Shown here in pieces: positions 30,801 through 36,800 of a DNA stretch of 55,130 nt. Source of the DNA: a virus (Duplodnaviria; Caudoviricetes); IMG/VR virus record IMGVR_UViG_3300008097_000008, positions 1-55,130 of that record. One strand, given 5' to 3'. Within the stretch, counting starts at the first letter, position 1; the number at the start of each line of letters is the position of its first letter. Below the pieces are notes generated by a model that worked only from the letters and a program-made list of their open reading frames with translations, did no database searches and was not told the DNA's origin. The position numbers and the translations under genes are program-made.

Positions 30801-33800
30801 CAGTCATACATTTGCTAAGGCAAGAAAGAATGCTGTAATCGCTGGTGGTATCTATAGACATGAGTTTGTTTCTCCTAGTGCATACACAGTAACTGATGGT
30901 GCTTACAACCCAACTACAGGTGTGATGACACTTACAATTCCTAATCATGGATTTGAATCTGGTGATCACATTAAGATGGATGACGAGTCTATAGTCTTTA
31001 ATTGTAGTTTCGGTGGTAGTCCAACAGATAAGTCATATCCAAGATCATCTGATCCAATTAGCGGTAAGTATGTACCTATTTCTAATATTACAGTTGATAC
31101 ATTTACTATTCAGGTATTAGATTCTACACCTTCCACTAATACTGATGCTCATACATTTGTATCTGCATCTACAGGTGGTGTTCATAGAGCAGTACTCCAT
31201 ACAGGTGGTGTTTATAATCATACATTTAAATCTGCTACTGCTAATGGAATCTTTAGGCAAGGTCAGGCAATAGAAATCCTACCTGATGCACTTAAGTTTA
31301 CTTGTGATATGGATGGTGCTGAAACAACTCATCCATACCCTCGTACAACAGATCCAGCATACAAGTCTGCATTACCTATCACACATTATACTACTGACAC
31401 AATTACAGTAAATGTAGGTTCAACTGATTTTGGATCTAATAGAAATTATACTTCATACTCACCTACTTTTGCTAACTATGATCCTTCTACAGGTATATTA
31501 ATATTAACTCTTGAGAATCATACATTGACTCAAGATGACTATGTGACATTGGAAGATAATTCAATTAAATTTACCTGTACAATGGATAATAATCAGACTA
31601 CTAAGTCTTATCCACGTCCAGGGCATGATACTCGTGCAGCAAGAAGGAAATTAAAGATTCTTGGTACTACCGATAATACCATTAGCCTTAATGTAGGGGT
31701 AGCCCAAGCGAATCAGACATTTACACCTACTGGTGCAACTTATGATGCTGTAACTGGTGATATGACTCTAACAATTGGTCAGCATGGCATGAGAGTTGGA
31801 GCAAATATTACTATTGCAAATAGTAGTTTGAGATTTAGTTGTGGAATGGATGGTAATACTGCTAATAAGGATTATCCTCGTGCAACTGATCCATATGGAG
31901 ATCTTAAATCTATTCCAATTACACATGTAGGTCATACACATGCAACAGTAACTAATGCATCGTATACTCCTGGATCTGGTTTAATGGTTTTAACCGTACC
32001 TGCACACGGATACTCTAATGGAGATTATATTCAAATTGTTGATGAATCATTAACAATGAGATGTTTGCTTGATGGTAACACTACTGATCACGCATATCCA
32101 AGATCTACTGATTATCCTTCAGGAAGATGGTTACAAATTTCTAATAAGACTAATGATACATTTGAAGTTAATGTTGGTACTTCATCTGATACTACAACAC
32201 ACGTATTCCAGAAAGCTGCTACGAAGGGTATTAGAAGACAGTCTGGTGTAATTACAGTTAATGTTGGTAAATCTCCTATTAAGGGATTTGATGTAACTGA
32301 TGCATCATTTGTTCCTGGAACTGGACTTCTTACTGTTACTATAGGTAACCATAGTTTAACTGCTGGTACAGCAGTTAAAATTGCTAATAATTCACTTGTA
32401 TTCCGTTGTGATCAGGATGGTCAAAGTTCTGACCATTCATATCCTCGTGCAAATGGACAAAATGGTGCATCTGGTAATGATCCTGCATGGAATACTTCAG
32501 TTAATATTACTGCTGTAACTCCTACAACCGTTACACTTGACGTAGGAACTTCAAGTAATACAACAACTCATGTATTCCAGAATGCAAATAATAAGTATTC
32601 ACCTACTAATGCTGTATACAACCCAACTACAGGTGTAATTACAGTAACCCTTGCTGATCATGGATTTGTTAATGGTGAGCATGTTAAGATTTCTGATGGT
32701 GGATTTAAGTTTACTTGTGCTCATGATAATTATGCAACAACTCATGCATATCCAAGGGCAACTGATCCTGTAAGTAATCAGTGGATACCAATTTCAAATG
32801 TACAAACTAATACATTTGATATACAGGTATTAGATGTAATTCCTTCTACTAATATAACTGCACATACTTTCCATTCTGTAGTTGCGAATTGTCTTACTAG
32901 ATCAGTTATTTCTACTGGTGGTGATTACTCACATACATTTGTAGGTAACCAAGGTTCTAATACTGTTTCATACACTCCACAAGCAACACATACATTTGTA
33001 TCTTGTGATCCTGGATCAGTTAAGCATCAATTAACAATACACAATTTTGCACAAACAACTGCAAATGGAATTAAGGTTCTTAATTACAATACATCTGATT
33101 GTACTGATGTACAAACAACTATAGAGAACTTAATTAGTATTGTTACCGATACATTAGATTCTGCATTACAGACTCCACCTGTTGATTATCTTGGTAGTCT
33201 TGTTAAATACTCACCTCCACAAGAATTCCTTGGTGGTAGAATATACTCTTATTACGAAGAAGAGTTCCCAATTAATTGGCATGATGGTGTTGAAGATATC
33301 ATGTTTACTAATCAGATTGGTGCTTCAGGTAAATATAGATTCCAAGATGCTGCTGATTTAGTTCAGTTAAATGCTGGTCCTATTGTAGATAAGGCATCTG
33401 TTGATATGCTTGATAGATATCCAGATCTTGCTTTGGATATGCCTAGAAACTTTGATGGAAGTGGTGCAGGTACTTTACAATGTAAGACTGACTTAGCATT
33501 AATTCTTCAAGAGTTTATTAAAGATCTTAGAGATGGTGGTAACTTCAATACTGTAAATGTTGCGAAGAGATATCTTGGTGCTAATGATATTCTATTACAT
33601 ATTAGATTACAAGTATTCCAGTCTGCTTATGCTCATGAGCGTCTTGCATACTATATGAAGCAAGCAATTAATGGTGATCTAACAACAGGTAATACTGATA
33701 AAATTATTGTTGGTGCTTGGGGAATTACTCAATCTACTTCTGCATCATTCACACCTACTGCTGCAACTTACGAGCCAACAACAGGTGACTTAACTCTAAC

Positions 33801-36800
33801 TATTGGTTCTCATACCTTGGTTAAGGGAAGAATGATTAACATTGCATTGAATGGATTAACGTTCCGTTGTCTTGAAGATAGTAATGGTAGTGATCACACA
33901 TATCCTAGAACTACTGACCCTGCATATCAGCAGAATCTTAAGATTACAGAATATACTGCTACAACAATTACAGTTAATGTTGGAATTTCTTCTAACACCA
34001 CATTACATACATTCCAGAGTGCTATTACTGATTGTGTAACTGCACCAGGAGATTGTACAAACGTTAAGGATGCTATTGATAACTTAGTAACTATTGCTAA
34101 CGATATTATTGCTCCTACCAATGCAGACTATGCAATTGCTGCTGATAGACTTTACTTTAATAGACAATATATTGCAGAAGAAATTACTTCTCTAACATCT
34201 GCTGAGTTTACTTACATGTTAGACACTTCTCAGCAGTTTGCATTCACATATCCAGAACCAGGTGGTACAACCACATGTCAGAGAGATTTGAAACTTATTA
34301 TATTGGGTATCATTTCTGACTTACAAACTGGTGGTAATAATAGTACTGTTGCTGCAATGGAATATTATCTATCTTCCTTGCTACAGATTATCAATGTTGA
34401 AGATGAATTACTTGCAACAATCTATGCTATTGAGCAATTAGGATTCTTATGTGAGCATGCTGCTAAGGGTGAGTTGAGAGATAGAAATTCTGGAGCTTCA
34501 GCACCTAACTATGCAGCACTGTATACTAATACAACTGCATATACTGATACTGAGACTCCTACTGATATGACAGTCGTAGGAACTAGAATTAAAGAATTGG
34601 TTAATATTGCGATTAATCTTATTGGTCCAGGTAAGAGACCAATGAGAGGTGCTGCTAAGAATCTTATTTACAATAGAGGATACTATAAGGAAGAGATTCA
34701 AACTCTAGTCAATGCACAGTTTGGTGCTGGTACTTGGTTGTATAATGATTTCGTTGATAGTATTATTACTAATCTTTCACATGATTTAATTACTACAGAT
34801 ATATCTGATATTTCTACTGCATACAATATAACAATAGAAGATGTTGTTGGAACATTTGATGTTGGTGAATTAATAACTTCCCCTAAAGGATCTGCTAAAG
34901 TTTTAGAATATAACTCAGAGAATGACTTCTTAGTTGTTGGTGAATTTGTTGGTACTCCTTGGACATCTAATACAGTACTAACTGGAACACGTAGTAGTGC
35001 TCAAGCTATTGTTTCTGTCAATGGTGTTGGAAGCAGTTATACATGGCTTAATAGTCCAGGTAATGTAAGAACATTAAACTATGCTAGAAATATTACATCT
35101 AATATTACAGGACAAGTAGCTGGAATTAACTTATTCAATAATCCAGAATTGTTTACACCTAATTGGGTTGGAATTGGAACTGGTATTAGTGACAACTTTA
35201 CTGCATCACCTGATAGTAATACAAGTGCTGCTAAGTTGATTTCTTCTAGTGATTCAGGAGAACATACTTTACATAGAATATATGATCTAACTGCGTTTGA
35301 TACTTTTGATGATGGAACTATTTCTTGGGATGATACAACCAATAGTTTTGATGAAGGTGGTTCAGGTACTTCAGATGATCAGCAATATACATTCTCTTGC
35401 TTCTTTAAGAAAGCAGAGTATGAGCAAGTCAGATTCCATATAATACTTGATGATGGTACTGCTGGTGAGCAGAATATATTCTTTGACCTTAATATGACTT
35501 CTGGTAGTACTGGATCACTCTTTATACCTCAAGGTGGTATAACAGGTGATGCTTATGGTGCTGTTCCTTATGGTGGTGGATGGTATAGAGCATATATCAC
35601 AACAACACTATCCTTTGGATTTACAGAATTAAAAGCGAAGATTAATGTATACAATGAAAATAATCAGTTATCATATACTGGAGATGGAACTAAAGGTCTT
35701 TATGCTTGGGGTTCAAAACTTAGAAAAGGTACATTAGATCCATATATGTCAGCAACTGGTGAGGTGTTCTATGCTGATGGTGAATTTAACATTAAGACAT
35801 ACGCATTAACACAATTAGAAGAATATATTATTAAGGCAATGACCGATGGTCTTACAAGTCCATCTCCTCAAGCAGGTTATCTTAAGTTCTTTAGTACAGA
35901 AGGAGCAAGTCATTATGATATTAGAACTGTAAGTAGAGTTGTTCGTGAGAATATCAAACTACTTAAAGAACAGTTAGCACTTGATAGTTACTATACTGGT
36001 GTTACTGTCTATAATGGAATTACGATTCCAACTTATACTTACGGTACTAGAAATCTACCAGTTGGATTAGGTGGTGGATTAAATGCTTCAGATTATCTCT
36101 ATGGTACTTCTAGTGACAGTTACGCTGAATTAGAAACTATTATTCCTAACAGAGGTGAGGTTGTTAAGATCTATCAGAGATTACGTTTTGATGGTGATGT
36201 TGTTGATGGTCCTTGGGTCATGAACGAAACAGTTTCTAAGAATGGTGATCCAGCCGTTACTGGTGTTATATACGGAATTCATTCAGATGAAAACTTTAAT
36301 TACTTAGATATTGAAGTTACTGGTAATCCTTGGGCTATCACTGATTATGTTGTTGGTGAAACAAATAACACAACAGCACAGGTTAGTTTGATAGAGGATC
36401 GTATACAGATCATTAATCTAGATGGTGAGTTTGATGCAACTGTACCATTTAAAGGATATACGAGTGGTGCTTCTGCTACACCTACTGCATTCCTTAGAAA
36501 TGAGGCTGCTATTCTTGATAATACTGGTGGAACTTTAACCGTTGATACTGAAACTCTTGTTGGTTCATTTGAACAGACTTCTGTTGTTTATCCAGAAACT
36601 TCCAGACAGTTTATCGAAGTAAGTAAGTTTGATGGTTTAGACGTTGGTGTTGGTGATAGAATCGCATCTAACGGATATGTCAGAATTGGTATTTCAATCA
36701 TTAGTGGTTTGAATCAGTTCAGTGTTGGTAATAGACTTTATAAAGTTGTTGGTGGTGTTGCTGATCAAAGTACCTACGCAATTATTACTGAGGTTGATAT

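Noticed and set aside
30465-32636. 30-36 nt direct repeats as a CRISPR array
   Set aside because: Only 2-3 copies, spaced by hundreds to thousands of nt, in frame within a CDS, and no cas genes.
26440-33081. Nested units as inteins, introns or transposons
   Set aside because: I saw no Hint-domain splice motifs, homing endonuclease motifs, terminal inverted repeats or frame interruptions. They behave as in-frame protein domains.
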